Source: Octopus sinensis (taxonomy: Eukaryota). Taken from it: a stretch of DNA of 64,000 nt. The notes beneath the pieces were generated by a model. The model saw nothing but the letters and a program-made list of their open reading frames with translations. It did no database searches and was not told the DNA's origin. Positions 41,263 through 54,986 of the stretch are shown here, piece by piece. Where the stretch lies: positions 21,266,001-21,330,000 of the forward strand of contig NC_043003.1 in assembly GCF_006345805.1 (NCBI RefSeq), given 5' to 3'. Numbering within the stretch: position 1 is the first letter of the stretch; each line of letters begins with the position of its first letter. A program made the position numbers and the translations under genes.

Positions 41263-44200
41263 TATATACATATATATATATACATATATATAATATATAT
41301 ATACAACGGACTTCTTTCTGTGTCCGTCTACCAAATCCACTCACAAGACTTTGGTCGGCTCAAGGCTATAGTAGAAGACACTTGGCCAAGGTGCCACGCA
41401 GTGGGACTGAACCCTGAACCATGTTGGGAAGCAAGCTGCTTACCACACAGCTATGCCTGTGCTTATACATACAAAAATACCCTGTTGATGTTGAAATTCA
41501 AATGAAAGAGCTTTGGATTTTGGCAAGAAATCTTGAACTAAAACTTAATAATGACATATAGACACACACATGCATGTATGTACATACATAAAACTGAAAA
41601 AGACACGTGCATGCACGCACACATACGCACATATTTATTGAGGTGGAAATTTGATTAACCATTATTTTGAGTCTTTGAATTTTATATTTCTGATTTTTGG
41701 ATGGTTGTGAATGTTAGAACAACTGCAATTAGTATATACAACTTCTTCTGTACAAAAATAAAAATGGTGGGGAGGAAAAATGCACATGGTTTTTGGGTTC
41801 ATTCCCACTACTTGGTACCTTAGGGAAGTGTCCCAGTTCAACCAATGCCTTAAAATTACCTTAATTTGAAACAAGTGTGGGTTAGCAACAGGATGAGCAT
41901 CCAGTCATAGAAAATCTGCCTCGTCAAATTCTCTCTGATCCATGCGAGCATAGAAAAGTGGATTTTAAAATATGATCATCATCATTATTATATGTGTTTG
42001 TGCTTGTGTTTTTAACTTCCACTGCTTGACAACCAGTGTTGCTTTGTTTACATCCCATAACAGCAAAAGTAATTGATAAAATAAGTACCAGACTTTTCAA
42101 ACAAATAAAAAAAAAAACACAAGTGTTAACGTGTTTGACTAAACCGTTCAAGGTGGTGCTCCATCAAAATTAATGTGAACAAGGTTAATACAATTCTTGT
42201 GATATTGCATGTTTCAGGACTGGCTGACTAATGCAGTCTTGTATGGTAATACGGTTAGTTAAGAGTTAACTTTTAAAAGATGCTACACAATTCTAACGTA
42301 AAGCTGTTCTGAACATTTTCTGTGTTTTTGTGCAAGATATACAATCTCTCTCTTTCTCTCTCTCCCTCTCTTTCTCTCACCACACACACACACATATATA
42401 TATATATCATGTGACCAACCAGATTATCATGTGCAGCATTTCATTCGTCTTTACATTCTTATTTCTTTATTGCCCACAAGGGGCTAAACATAGAGGGGAC
42501 AAACAAGGACAGACAAATGGATTAAGTCGATTATGTCGACCCCAGTGCATAACTGGTACTTAATTTATCGACCCCCGAAAGGATGAAAAGCAAAGTCAAC
42601 CTCAGTGGAACTTGAACTCAGAACGCAACAGCAGATGAAATACTGCTAGGCATTTCATCTGGCGTGCTAATGCTTCTGCCAGCTCGCCGCCTTAATTCGT
42701 CTTTACATTCTGGGTTCAAATGCTGCTGGAGTCAACTTTGCCTTTCGTCCTTTTGGGGTCAACAAAATAAGTATCAATTGAGCACCAGATCTATTTGATC
42801 AACTTAGCCCCTTCCCTGGACTTGCTGACCTTGTGCTAAAATTTGAAACCAATACTAGATAGCAGGGAAGTGTACATTGTAGATGGGGTGGAAAAAGGAT
42901 GTTGGGATTGGGAAATGAAGCCGGGAAAACTGCGAGATCTCTACTGGAGGACTTATTTCACCAGTGAACTAACCATCTAGCTAAAATGACTATTATTCAT
43001 GTGTTTCATAGACTTTATTACAACGGTGGTGCTCCAGCATGACCACAGCCACATGGCTGAAACAAGTAAAAGAGTAATTGCAGTAGACCAATGGACAGAA
43101 GAAAATGGTAGTAGTGGTGGTGGTGGTGGTACTGCTGCTGCTGGTGCTGGTTGTGTCAGCGGCAGCCACGATGATGACAACAACGTAGAATAAAATCGAT
43201 GTATCTTTTTGATAACAAATTCGTTTTATTTCTCTTTCCTTCAAACTTATTTATTTATATATTTATCTTATTTAATTGTTTGTTTATTGGAATTATTTTG
43301 TTTTGGTTTTTTTTTAAAGTCAAAACACTGAAGATAAAAGAAAACAACAAAAACATTAAAAAATAATCAACAAACAAACAAACAAACAAACAAGGAAGCA
43401 ATTAAATAAACATAAATGACAAGCATTTAAAACAAATAATGAATAACAGAACAGAAACATTTCTTTCAGTTCCTTCCTGGCCCACCACTGCCCCACTCTA
43501 TTTTACTGTTCTTTTATCATCGATGATATAACCTGAAGTTGTATCATCTTTTTTTGATCTAATTCTGTCCTGTTTCACCCTGTTGAATTAAAATTTGCCT
43601 TTATATTCAAGGGTTCTTTTTTAGTAAAGGGCTTCCCATCTCTACTGTTTTCCCTGATTTTATTTGCTTATTTTAACTGGAGATTTGTGCAGGCAGGGTG
43701 GGGTTCCTCTATCGATTTTTGCCTGTTTTTTTTTATTTGATTCTTTTTTATTTTGATTGTTGTTTTTTTTTTACATTTATTTAACTTTTTTTTCTCTGTT
43801 TTCTTTTTATATTTCAAACATTGAAATCCCTCTGCATCATCTCTTTACCTAAAATAGTTTGTTTGTTTGTTTCTTAGGGGGTGGGGAGCTACGAAATTAC
43901 TTCATCTGCCAATCTATATTTTGTATTTGTTTACTTGTCTGTTTAACAATGCTGAGTGGTGTAATGATTGTTGTTGTTGGTGGTGGTGGTGGTGGTGGTG
44001 GCGGCGGTGGTGGTGGTGGTGGTGGTGGTCATGGTGGTCGTGGTGGTCGTGGTGAATGTGGCATTAGTGGTGATGATTGTGGGGGTGGGGGTAGCGGTTG
44101 TAGTGGTAGTGGTGATGATTGTGGGGTGGTGGTGGCGGTTGTAGTGGTAGTGGTGATGATTGTGGGGTGGTGGTGGCGGTTGTAGTGGTAGTGGGGATGA

Positions 44201-45895
44201 TTGTGGTTATGATAATTGTTGCGGTGGTGGTGTTGATATTAGTGGCGATGGCAGTATGGATGTGATGTTTCCTTCATTATGTAACTTACCAAGCCTGCAT
44301 CTGTCAAAGACAGTGGTTATTAGTTCACTGTTTGGTTCAGTTTCAAATGGTTGTAGGAATTAATTTGAAATGTTTTAAAAATAAAACTCAAGTCCCAACC
44401 TTCGCTCCATCCCTCACCCCACACTCCACTTCATTGCTTGCTGTCAGCAATGAACACCACCAACATCACCCCACCCCCGCCAATCATACCAATCTTTCTC
44501 ACCCCATCATCATCATCATCATCAACATTCTCATTGCCATTATCATCACCACCACCATCATCCCCCCCTCCCCGTCAATCAAACCAATCTTCTTTCTTCC
44601 CCCATCAACATCATCATCACCAACCCCCTTTCGCTAATCAAATCAATCTTCCACCTCCTCCCCGTCATCTTCATCATCATCATCATCATTATCATTACTA
44701 CCACCATCATCACCTGTAGAAACAGCGCCATTAATAATTATCATTTCCTTCTTCTTTGCCCTCGCTTCCACCTCCTACTTTCATCCTTGTTACTTCTCCC
44801 ACCGCTACTCACTCTCACTCGATATTACCATTGATAATTATATTTTCTCGTCTGTCTCCTCCTTGCGATTAACACCACCACAACCACTACCACCACCACT
44901 ACCACTGTGCCACTGCAATCACTATCATCCAGACTATTCTAATTAAGCACTATTCTCTTTGGTATGACTACCACCACCGCAACCACGACCACCACCAACT
45001 CTACCAACACCGTGCTTTTTCCTCAACTTGTTCACTACCAATACCACCATCAACACCAACAAAGACCACCACCACCTTCACCATTACTATAACCTTAATT
45101 ATCATCATACACCCAGCATCAATTATCAATTCTTAGGTGGTAGTAGTGGTGGTGGTGGCGGCGGTGGCAGTGTGATGGAGGCATTGGTGGTAGTTGGGCA
45201 AGGGTCAAGTCACAATACCATTATCCATCTCAAAAATATTGCATTACCTACGCCCGCCTGGTTGACTTGTCATGGAATTTCCTCTTGTCCAAGTGCCCTG
45301 ACCAGACAAAATAAACTTCAGTATATGGTATGTCTGAGCCCCTTGCTACCCTGCTCTAAGACAAGCCTTATGAGGGCTGCCCCTTCCTTCAAAGACAAAC
45401 AGTTTATAAAGACAAGCATTGTGAAAACAACAACAAGAACAGAAACAAAACAGCAAAACAGGAAACAATTGCCACCAGCATCATCATCATTGTTATCATA
45501 ATACATCAGCTGTCAGTATCTTTGTTTGTACCAACACCACCGCCATCACCATCGCCATCATCATCTTAGTCAGTGCCACTTCCATCACTATCCCAATTAA
45601 CCATCGATCTTACTGCAATTAACATGATCGTGATTATCATCTTCATTATCGTCGTCGTCATCATCATCATCATCACATTCCTCAACATCAATATCCTTTT
45701 ATTTGTTTGTTTGTTTCAGTCATTTGACTGCAGCCATGCTGGAGCACTGCCTTTAGTCGAACAAATCGACTCCAGAACTTATTCTTTGTAAGCCTAGTAC
45801 TTATTCTATTGGTTTCTTTTGCCAAACTGCTAATTCACGGGGACGTAAACACACCAGCATCAGTTGTCAAGTGATGGTGGGGGTACAAACATATA

Positions 45896-45944
<49 letters not shown>

Positions 45945-46552
45945 GTATGGTAGGCTTCTCTCAGTTTCCGTCTACCAAATCCACTCACAAGGCTTTGGAC
46001 AGTCCAAGGCTATAGTAGAAGACACCTGCCCAAGGTGCCATGCAGTGGGACTGAACCCGGAACCATGTGGTTGGTAAGCAAGCTACTTGCCACACAGCCA
46101 CTTATGTGCCTATAAAGCCACTCCTGTGCCTGAATATATCTGAATGATATCGCTGTTTTGTTTTATGTCCACTTTTGATATCACCATCATCAACTCTCTT
46201 CTATACATCTCTCATCATCATCATCATCATCATCATCATTATCACCATCAGGAGCATCATCTCTGTCCATCTTCACCATTATCATTATTACCTAAATTTT
46301 TGGACCACCATCATCATGGTCATTACAGTCATCATTATTACCTTTACATTTCTCAAAATTATCAGTGTGAACAGCATCATTGTCAGCAGGATTCTCACTG
46401 TTATCATCTTCATTATCACTACCACCACCATCATCATTATCATTACCATGACTACTGTTAGTAGCATTATTATCACTATTATTATTATCATTATTATTAT
46501 TTGAGATCTTTTGCCTCCAGTAGAAAAGGTTATTATTATTATTATTATTATT

Positions 46553-48329
46553 CAGTAGTTTTATTTTTATAGCGTGCTTTCACTTCACTACCGAGCGCAG
46601 CTCTGTGTGCCTTGGGTATGTGCTGTGATTTGTTGTGATGCTCTGATGGTTATTGTATGGAAAGTGTTCTGCGTAGGATGTGTGCAGTGCCTAGTAGTGC
46701 AATTTTCTGTATGTTATATGTGTTTGTAAGTCCTGGTGTTTTTGTTATGTATTTGTCTGAATATTTTTTTATCATGCCTAATGCACCTACTATGATAGGA
46801 ATTGTTTCTGTTTTCAGGTTCCACATTCTAGTTACCTCTATTTCCAGGTCTTTGTATTTTGAGAGTTTCTCCATTTCTTTTAGAGACACGTTGTCATCTG
46901 CCGGTATTGATACATCAATTAGAAAGCATTTTTTTTCTTCATGATCTCTGACAACTATATCTGGTCTGTTGGCCTTAATTTCTCTATCTGTGTGTATCGG
47001 CATATCCCAGAGTATGGTTGCTTTCTCGTTTTCTGTGACCTTTTCTGGTGTGTGCCTATACCATCTTTTTTCTGTTGTTATTCCATAATGTTGGCATAGC
47101 TTCCAATGTATGTAGGTTCCAACTCTGTCATGTCTGTGAATATATTCCTTCTTAGCCAGGACTGGGCAGCTAGAGATAATATGATTTATTGTTTCTTGTC
47201 CATCTCCACATATTCTGCAGTTACTTGTAATATTTCTTTTCACTACATGTTTTTGGTAATTTCTGGTGGGGAGGCTTTGGTCTTGTGCTGCAATTAAAAA
47301 TCCCTCTGTTTCTGCTTTGAGTCCTGAGCTTCTCAACCATTGCTGGGATTTTTCTTTGTCTATTTCTTTTGCGTTTAGTTTAGTGCAGTATTTACCATGA
47401 AGGGGCTTTTCTTGCCATCGTTTTATCATGGCTCGTTGCTGTTCTATTTTTAGTTTGGATTTCATTTGTTTTATAGCTTTTGTTGTTTCTTCATCATCTT
47501 CTTCTTCTTTGTGTTTATTAGGTGGTATGATTTCTTGTTTGTATTTGTCAGCTTCCTTAAATACTGAGAACAGTTTTTTGTTTTGCTCGTGTTTTGCTGC
47601 TATCTGGATCAGTTTTCCTTCCTTCTGAAGTAGGTATTTTTGCAGTCCTATGGTGGTTATTTTATAGTAGTTTTCCAGCTGTATAAGGCCTCTACCACCT
47701 TCTATACGTTGTATATATAGTCTTTCTATGTCAGATTTTGGGTGATACATCCTAGATCCTGTCAATATTTTTCTTGTTTTCCTATCTATTTTGGACAGTT
47801 CATTTCGTGTCCAGTTAAGGATATTGTAGCTGTAACTTATAACTGGGACAGCTAAAGTGTTGATACCTATTATCTTGTTTTTAGCATTGAGCTCTGTTTT
47901 TAGTATTGATCTAACTCGTCTATAATATTCTTTTTTTATTTTCTCTTTCATTTGTGTGTTTTGTGTCTTATCTAGTTCATGGATTCCTAAGTATTTGTAA
48001 GTTTGGCTTTGGTCTAATTCTTTTATTTCATTGGTTTTATCTAATGTGATGTTGTTACTCTTAACTAGTTTTCCTCTTTTCATGGTTACTTTGGCGCATT
48101 TTTCTAATCCAAATTTCATATCTATTTCTTTGGTAAATCCATGAACTGTCTTTAATAGTGTTTCCAGCTGTTTGTCATTTGCAGCATATAGTTTTAGGTC
48201 ATCCATATATAAAAGGTGGCTGATCGTTTTGCCGTAACATTTATATCCGCATCCAGTTCTATTTAGCATATCAGATAGAGGTGACAGTGCCAAGCAGAAA
48301 AGGAGTGGAGAGAGCGTGTCTCCCTGGAA

Positions 48330-48332
<3 letters not shown>
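46553..48332 (-). mobile_element. 5'-truncated R4/Dong-clade non-LTR retrotransposon (RT C-terminus, CCHC knuckle, restriction-like endonuclease) in a (TAA)n tract
   Basis: Uninterrupted ORF 46650-48332: IFQGDTLSPLLFC, HLLYMDDLKLY, YKYLG, CRICGDGQETINHIISSC, RHDRV, RPDIVV...LIDVSIP...KEMEKLSKYKDL. About 100-nt 3' UTR ending ...AATAAAACTACTG. (TTA)n on the + strand at both junctions (46530-46552, 48331-48360). Confidence 0.92.
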
Positions 48333-48362
<30 letters not shown>

Positions 48363-48366
48363 TACT

Positions 48367-48600
48367 AAGGCAGCAAGCTGGCAGAGTCGTTAGCACCCCA
48401 GGCAAAATGCTTAGCGGTATTTTGCCTGCCGCTACATTCTGAGTTCAAATTCTGCCGAGGTCAACTTTGCCTTCCATCCTTTCAGGGTCAATAAATTAAG
48501 TACCAATGAAACACTGGGGTCGATGTAATTGACTAATCCCCTTCCCCAAATTTCAGGCCTTGTGCCTATAGTAGAAAGGATTATTATTGTTATTATTATT
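48367..48600 (+). mobile_element. tRNA-derived SINE family B with (ATT)n tail
   Basis: AAGGCAGCAAGCTGGCAGAGTCGTTAGC...TTCTGAGTTCAAATTC...TTTGCCTTCCATCCT...GTAGAAAGGATTATTATT. Other copies at about 9080-9960 (several), 15770-15940, 23740-23885, 31133-31260, 42475-42855, 49498-49720, 50258-50725, 55815-56040, 59160-59365 and 59930-60325. Confidence 0.8.
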
Positions 48601-48624
48601 ATTATGATTATTATCATTATTATT

Positions 48625-49169
48625 GAGTGAGGGAGCAGTGCATGCCATCAAAGTGACACTTGGGTAAAATGTACAAAGCCCAGTATACCCATCATGACTA
48701 CCCGTCTGATAAGGGTACACCAGACACATGCATCACAACCAGATGTGTGTGACATGGTGATCTCATATCAAGATAAACAACTCATGACATTGCAGGTGAG
48801 CCCAGTTAGAATTTTCTTCAGGTCGAGTAGCCCATCCTGCTCAAGAGGTTCCTGAATAAGGGTTGTTTAAGGATGTTGAACAAAACTCCCATGTTTCCAA
48901 AGATGAATTATCCAAACCCCAAAGAATTCCTCTCATGGCTATGATGCACCCCCACTACTTCTACTCCTGATCAAAGGCACACTTATTCATCAGCCACCAA
49001 GAGACATGCTCAACTGGTTATGGTCAAACAACTGACAAGCAAACCTGTGGTATTGAGCAGAATATTTGCTGTAGCCCATCTTTTACAACAAGACAAAACA
49101 ATGTACATGATAACATTTCCAATCAGTTAAGATCAGAAGCCATGAGAGCCACTACCTGGTTCTGCATCA
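48625..49169 (-). mobile_element. Non-coding retroposed element X, long copy (~545 bp), flanked by TTA/CAT triplet tracts
   Basis: Near-identical to 49214-49447 over its first ~230 bp. Both copies start GAGTGAG immediately after (TTA)n. Strand is inferred from the shared end (3') versus the variable end (5' truncation). Confidence 0.6.
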
Positions 49170-49213
49170 TCATCATCATCATCATCATTATTATTATTAT
49201 TATTATTATTATT

Positions 49214-49447
49214 GAGTGAGAGAGCAGTTCATGCCATCAAAGTGACACTGGGGTAAAATATACGAAGCCCAATATACCCATCATGACTACCCGTCTGATA
49301 AGGGTACACCAGGCACATGCATCACAACCATATGTGCGCGACATGGTGATCTCATATCAAGATAAACAGCACATGACCTTGCAGGTGAGGCCCAGTTAGA
49401 AATTTCTTCAGGTTGAGTAGCCCATCCTGCTCAAAAGGTCCCTAAAT
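49214..49447 (-). mobile_element. Element X, short (5'-truncated) copy, embedded in (TTA)n on both sides
   Basis: Aligns by eye with ~48625-48860; bounded by tattattatt on the left and aatattattattatt on the right. Confidence 0.6.
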
Positions 49448-49720
49448 ATTATTATTATTATTATTATTATTATGATTATTATGATTATTATTATTATTAA
49501 GGCAACAAGCTGATAGAATCGTTAGTACACAGGGTAAAATGCTTATCAGTGTTTCAGCTGTGTTTACATTCTGAGTTCAAATTCCACCATGGTCAACTTT
49601 GCCTTTCATTCATTTTGGGGTCATTAAATCAAGTGTCAGTGAAACACGAGTCGATGTAATCAACTAGTCCCCTCCCCACAAATTTCAGGCCTTGTTCCTT
49701 TAGTAGAAAGGATGATTATT

Positions 49721-50125
49721 GGTCCTGTTAAATTGCTCAGAGTCTGGTTTAGTCCAGACCTCCAGATGGAGAAAAACTGAGTCTAGGTGACAAGCAGAGT
49801 AGCCAATCTCACTCAGAAATAGGTCGAGAGGAAGCTGTCCCTGAAAGCTCAAGCGGAGGTGGCGAATGCGTACATCGCATCCGTCATCTATTACCGCTTG
49901 ACCATCGTCCCTTGCTCCGTTTGCTGGTTGACCAAACTGGTGTGCTTACTCTTCCGCTTTCTGTGGAAGGGGCGCATTCCACTGGTCAGCTGTCAACAGC
50001 CACTGAATGAAGGGCTGGGCATGCTGTGGTTACTGATGCACAGACATGTGATCAGGCTACAGCATCTCCAGCACTTCCTTGACGGTGAGCAGGTGTGGTC
50101 ACCATTTGTCAGGCTCACTTTTCAA
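49721..50125 (+). mobile_element. Tx1/L1-clade LINE RT-thumb fragment (pseudogenised)
   Basis: Reads GPVKLLRVWFSPDLQMEKN*V*VTSRVANLTQK*VERKLSLKAQAEVANAYIASVIYYRLTIVPC...LFRFLWKG...GLGM, the typical L1/Tx1 post-RT pattern, with three stops. Starts directly after a family-B SINE tail. Confidence 0.8.
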
Positions 50126-52444
50126 GTTGAATGGAGAGCAGTTAAGTTTATTTCAGATATTTTCATTTTAAAAATCATCTCTGGCTAATCGTTCAGAGGA
50201 CATTGGTATTTCCTTGGTGGAGGTTTGTGCTCTCTGAGTGCTCTTGTTGTTACTATTGCTAAGGCAGTAAATTGGCAGACTCGTTAACACACCGGGCAAC
50301 AAAATACTTAGCAGCATTCTATCCATCTTTTATGTTCTGAGTTCAAATTCCACCAAAGTCAACTTTACCTTTCATCCTTTCAGAGTTAATAAAATAAGTA
50401 CCAGTTGAACACTGGGTTCAGCGTAACAGATTAACCCCTCCCCCCAAAATTGCTAACCTTGTGCCAAAATTTGAAATCCTTATTATTATTGTTAAAGTGA
50501 TGTGGTGGGAGAATCTTTAGCAAACCGGGCAAAATGCTTAGCTGCATCGCGTCCACCTTCATGTTCCAGGTTCAAATGCTTCTAAGGTCAACTTTGCCTT
50601 TCATCCTTTCAGGGTCAATAAAATAAGTAGCTGTTGAGCATTGGAGCCGATGCAATCGACTTGCCCCCATCCCAATCCCCACTCCACACACACACTTGAA
50701 ATTGCTGGCTTTGTGCCAAAATTTGAAGTCATTATTGTTGTTGTTGTTACTACTGCTACTGTTGTTGTCGTTGTTGTTATAGTAGACATTGCACAGTATA
50801 CAATATCGTGAGGCTGTTGATTGAAGAAATTGTGTCTACGGTGGGGTTTGTACTGTTTGTCAGGTCACAACAAGGACCTCAGACAGACAGTACTTTAAGT
50901 ATTATTATTATTGTTGTTGTTGTTGTTATCATCATGGTCATCACTACCACCAACCCATCCACACAAACTACCAAATATTGTCTTTAATAAATACCCACCA
51001 TTACCACTGCCACCACCATTCAGCCCGACTATGCCTCTCACCTGCTACAGTCTGTGAAGGAACAACAACAGCAACAACAAAAATGAAGAAAATAAAAATG
51101 TAAATATCAAAAAGATGGGGAAAAAAAGACACCTATACCCCCCCCCATTAAACACACACACGCACACACTCAAACAAACAATAAATATGACAAAAACAAC
51201 CAAATTAAAACAAACTACTTGCCCTCTTCCACCACCGATTGACCTCAGCCCACACCTCCACCACCAATGAAAAATGTACTAAAATAAAATATTAATAAAA
51301 ATTATCTAAAAAAAAAAACAAGTAAAAGAAGCAAGGATTGTTATGCAATTTAGCTTTGGTTATTGTATATTTTGTAGTTTAGTTTTAAAACGATTGTGTT
51401 ATTTATTATGTAATGTTTGGTTGGTTTGTTTGTTATGTTTTGTTAAACTAGCTTGCTGTTATCTGTCTGTTGCGACTCGCTTATCTTGTCTAACAGAGGC
51501 AGTCCTCCCACCCCACTCGTGCACACTTAAACCACCTGTTCTTACCTAATGCTGACATCTTCCCTGCACCCCCGCTCCTAACTACACACACTGACTCTCT
51601 CTCTCTTTCCTCCCTCTTTCTCTCTCACTCTATCTCTTGCATACACTAACACTTATATACACACATGCTCACACACACTCGCTCTGTTTTATTTTTAGAA
51701 TGACGATGATTAAGTAAAGAAAACAACACCTTTGTTTCTTCTTTCTTCGTCTTGCACCACCCAACAAATACAGACACATTACACACACACACGCTCATGC
51801 ATACACTCATACATACACAAACATACATATATATACATACATAACATGCACACACACATAACTATAGCTTGCACACACATATAACATGATTGCAAAACCA
51901 ACATTTTACCCCTTGATCATGCCCATTTAGATCAGCATCATCATCATCGTTTTAACGTCCATTTTTCCATGCTCGCATGGGTCGGAAGGAATTTCTTGAG
52001 GCAGATTGTCTCTGACTTGATGACCTTCCTGTCACCAATCCTCACCTGATTTCAAGCAAGGTAACATTTCCCCATGGCTAGAGATGTCTTCACAGCAGAT
52101 TGGGAATGAAGGACACCACTTATTTGATGAGTGGAAGCATGTGGATTAGTGGTTAGGGTGTTGAGCTCATGATCGTAAGATTGTGGTTTCGATTCCTGGA
52201 CCGGGCAACACATTGTGTTCTTGAGCAAAACACTTCGTTTCACGTTGCTTCAGTCCACTCAGCTGGTGAAAATGAGTAACACTGCAATGGACTAGAGTCC
52301 CATCCAGGTGGGGAATACATACGCCATGAAACTGGGAATCCGGCCTCTATGTTTCGGTATTAACAACATCTCCTCTTCTCTTCATTCAGTCTCCTATGTT
52401 CAGTTTCAAAGCACTCTACTTCCAGCTTCTCACACGAACCTGCT

Positions 52445-52475
<31 letters not shown>

Positions 52476-53545
52476 AAATCAATGATAAAGGCTTTAATTG
52501 ACCTGAAACTGTAGTAATTTTGAAAATTAAAAAGAAAAATACATTTAACAAATACCATGTTGTGTGATTGAACCTAGGACCTCCCAATTGCAAAGCAAAC
52601 TTCTTAACAACCCAGCCATGCCTGAGAACGTGCATGCACACACATGCACACATATGCACATGTGCACACCATATCTTCGTTTGTGGTAAAGTCATAACTC
52701 TGATTATTATTGATGATGGAAATCAAACATTTGGATGGTGGGCCAAATAAGGAGAGGAGAATATGTAATGAATAACGGTTGTAGTGGCTAGATGGAGGAG
52801 ATGATAATAATGAAGATGATAACAATGATGATGATGATAGCATTTATGATAATGATGATGATAATAGTAGTAACAATGTTGATGATGATTCCAGTAATGA
52901 TTATGAGGATGATGATAAGGAGGAAGAGGAGGAGGATAACAACTGGGGACAGGCAGGGTGGAGGGAGCCAGTTGATGATGTCCAATAACAATGGATATGG
53001 CAGTAGTGGAAGTGGGTGCGAAGGGGTTTGGGTACAGCGATTGAAGTTGATAGAGATAGTCAAAGGAGGTGATGGTGGCAGTGGCAGTGGAAGTGATGGT
53101 GGTGGTGGTGATGGTGGTGGGGGGAAAGAGCCCTTTGAACAGGGCAGACCCTCTAGCAGTCACTGAAGAAGATCATTGCCGACTGAGGGGAAAAAATAAA
53201 AAAGCTCAAAAAAATGAAAGGAAAAAACAAAAAAATAAATAGAATAGCAGCATCTGTAGCAAGGGTTTGGAAGAGGCTGGGACTATTCACTTGCTTTAAT
53301 CGATACAGTTCAAAGGGGGATTGGAGGATTGGGAAATATGATGACGATTGTAATTAGGATTGTGATCATGTAATGTTAATGAACAAGAAGAAGCAGAAGG
53401 AGCTTTGAGATTTTGTATTTGCTGGAATCCATCATGGCATCATGTCGAATTCCTACTTTACATGTCTAATCTCATTGCTGCGCTGTACTGAGGAATACGT
53501 TGATGCTGATGATCGTTGTTGTTGTTGTTGTTAACCTTATCTTAA

Positions 53546-53736
53546 GCCTTTAGCATTTAACCCGGGCCATATTAGGCCCAAATATTCTACTTGTTTTATG
53601 TTAAAACCGACCAGATCTGACCCCTCACACCTGTCATACAATGTCATTCTAAAAATATACAAACTCACCAACTGAAATCTCGAAGCTACAAATTAATGTG
53701 TTATTAATTCAAAATAATGTGAATAAAGAAGCTATA
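53546..53736. mobile_element. piggyBac-like MITE, copy 2, cut by a mariner end
   Basis: TTAA|GCCTTTAGCATTT...; homology to copy 1 stops at TA|CGAGGG (53737). Confidence 0.55.
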
Positions 53737-53897
53737 TACGAGGGTGAGTCAAAAAGTAATGCCATTTTGTTTAGGACAGGTATAATTACCAACACAGGTA
53801 CATGTATCATACACCAAAATGAAGCTGGTCCTCTGTAGATCCCATCCTTACTTCACAACATAGTCACCGTTTCTCTCAATAGCAATGTTCCACCTGG
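53737..53897 (+). mobile_element. Tc1/mariner terminal fragment
   Basis: TA-CGAGGGTGAGTCAAAAAGTAATGCC is a typical mariner TIR start; no matching second TIR was found. Confidence 0.55.
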
Positions 53898-54467
53898 TGG
53901 TGGTGGTGGTGGTGGTGGTGGTGGCGGTGGCGGCGGCGGCGGCGGCAAAAACCTCAAATTTTCTTTGACCTGTGCAAGTGTAAAAAAGTGGAGAAGGAGG
54001 AGGATGTAGTAGTAGTAGTAGTAGTAGTAGTTTTAAACTTTATATTAGATAAATTTACACATGACAATTTATTATAGCAAACAACTTTAAGCCACCTTTT
54101 TCAATCCAGTATATCTGTCACCCATGGACAATCTTAAGGGATCAAAAAACACGTACAGCTCCCATGATTTTCAGAAACATATTTTTCATACTCAGAATTG
54201 TTGAAGCACAGAATAAAATCTTGCATTGGTTGATAGCAGCCAGGATGCTGTATCCTTAAAAAATTCCATATTTCCCAAAATTCTGACATACTTATACACC
54301 CTTTCTTTTTTATGGCCCTCTTTCGCTCACTTTTTTTTTGGGGGGGGGGTATTTCACCCTGCATACTATGCATCTATTTTTGACTGTTTTTGCTGTCTTT
54401 CTTTACTTCAATAAATGCTGCCTTCTGTCCCCTTTCTTACTCTTTTTATGAATTAGTGTGCCCAAGC

Positions 54468-54618
54468 TCTACCCAAGGGTCAACTAGAAAGTTCCTAGGT
54501 TGATCAAGACACCCTCATAGAGTGTGACTGAATGAGGTCTATTTTTCAATATACCCCCTCACTACCGCCCTTGCAATCCACACATTTCTTCCATCAATGT
54601 TGTAGTACTTGGATCCCA
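54468..54618 (+). mobile_element. Decayed mariner-type terminal fragment
   Basis: CAAGGGTCAACTAGAAAGTTCC...CCTTGCAATCCACACATTTCTTCCATC resembles mariner ends; assignment is by pattern recognition only. Confidence 0.4.
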
Positions 54619-54737
54619 TACAATCACCAAAATCAACTATGCCTTTCATTCTTTCAAGATTGGTAAAATAAGTACCAGTTAATCCCTCAGATCGATGTAA
54701 CCAACTTAACCCTTTCCCCCTAAAAATTGCTGGCCTT

Positions 54738-54945
54738 TTCTTTTCTTTTCTTTTCTTTTACTTGTTTCAGTCATTTGACTGTGGCCATGCTGGAGCACCG
54801 CCTTTAGTCGAGCAGATCGACCCCAGAGCTTATTCTTTGTAAGCCTAGTACTTATTCTATCGGTCTCTTTTGCCGAACCACTAAGTTACGGGGACATGAA
54901 CACACCAGCATCGGTTGTCAAGCAATTTGGGGAGGACACACACAA

Positions 54946-54986
<41 letters not shown>

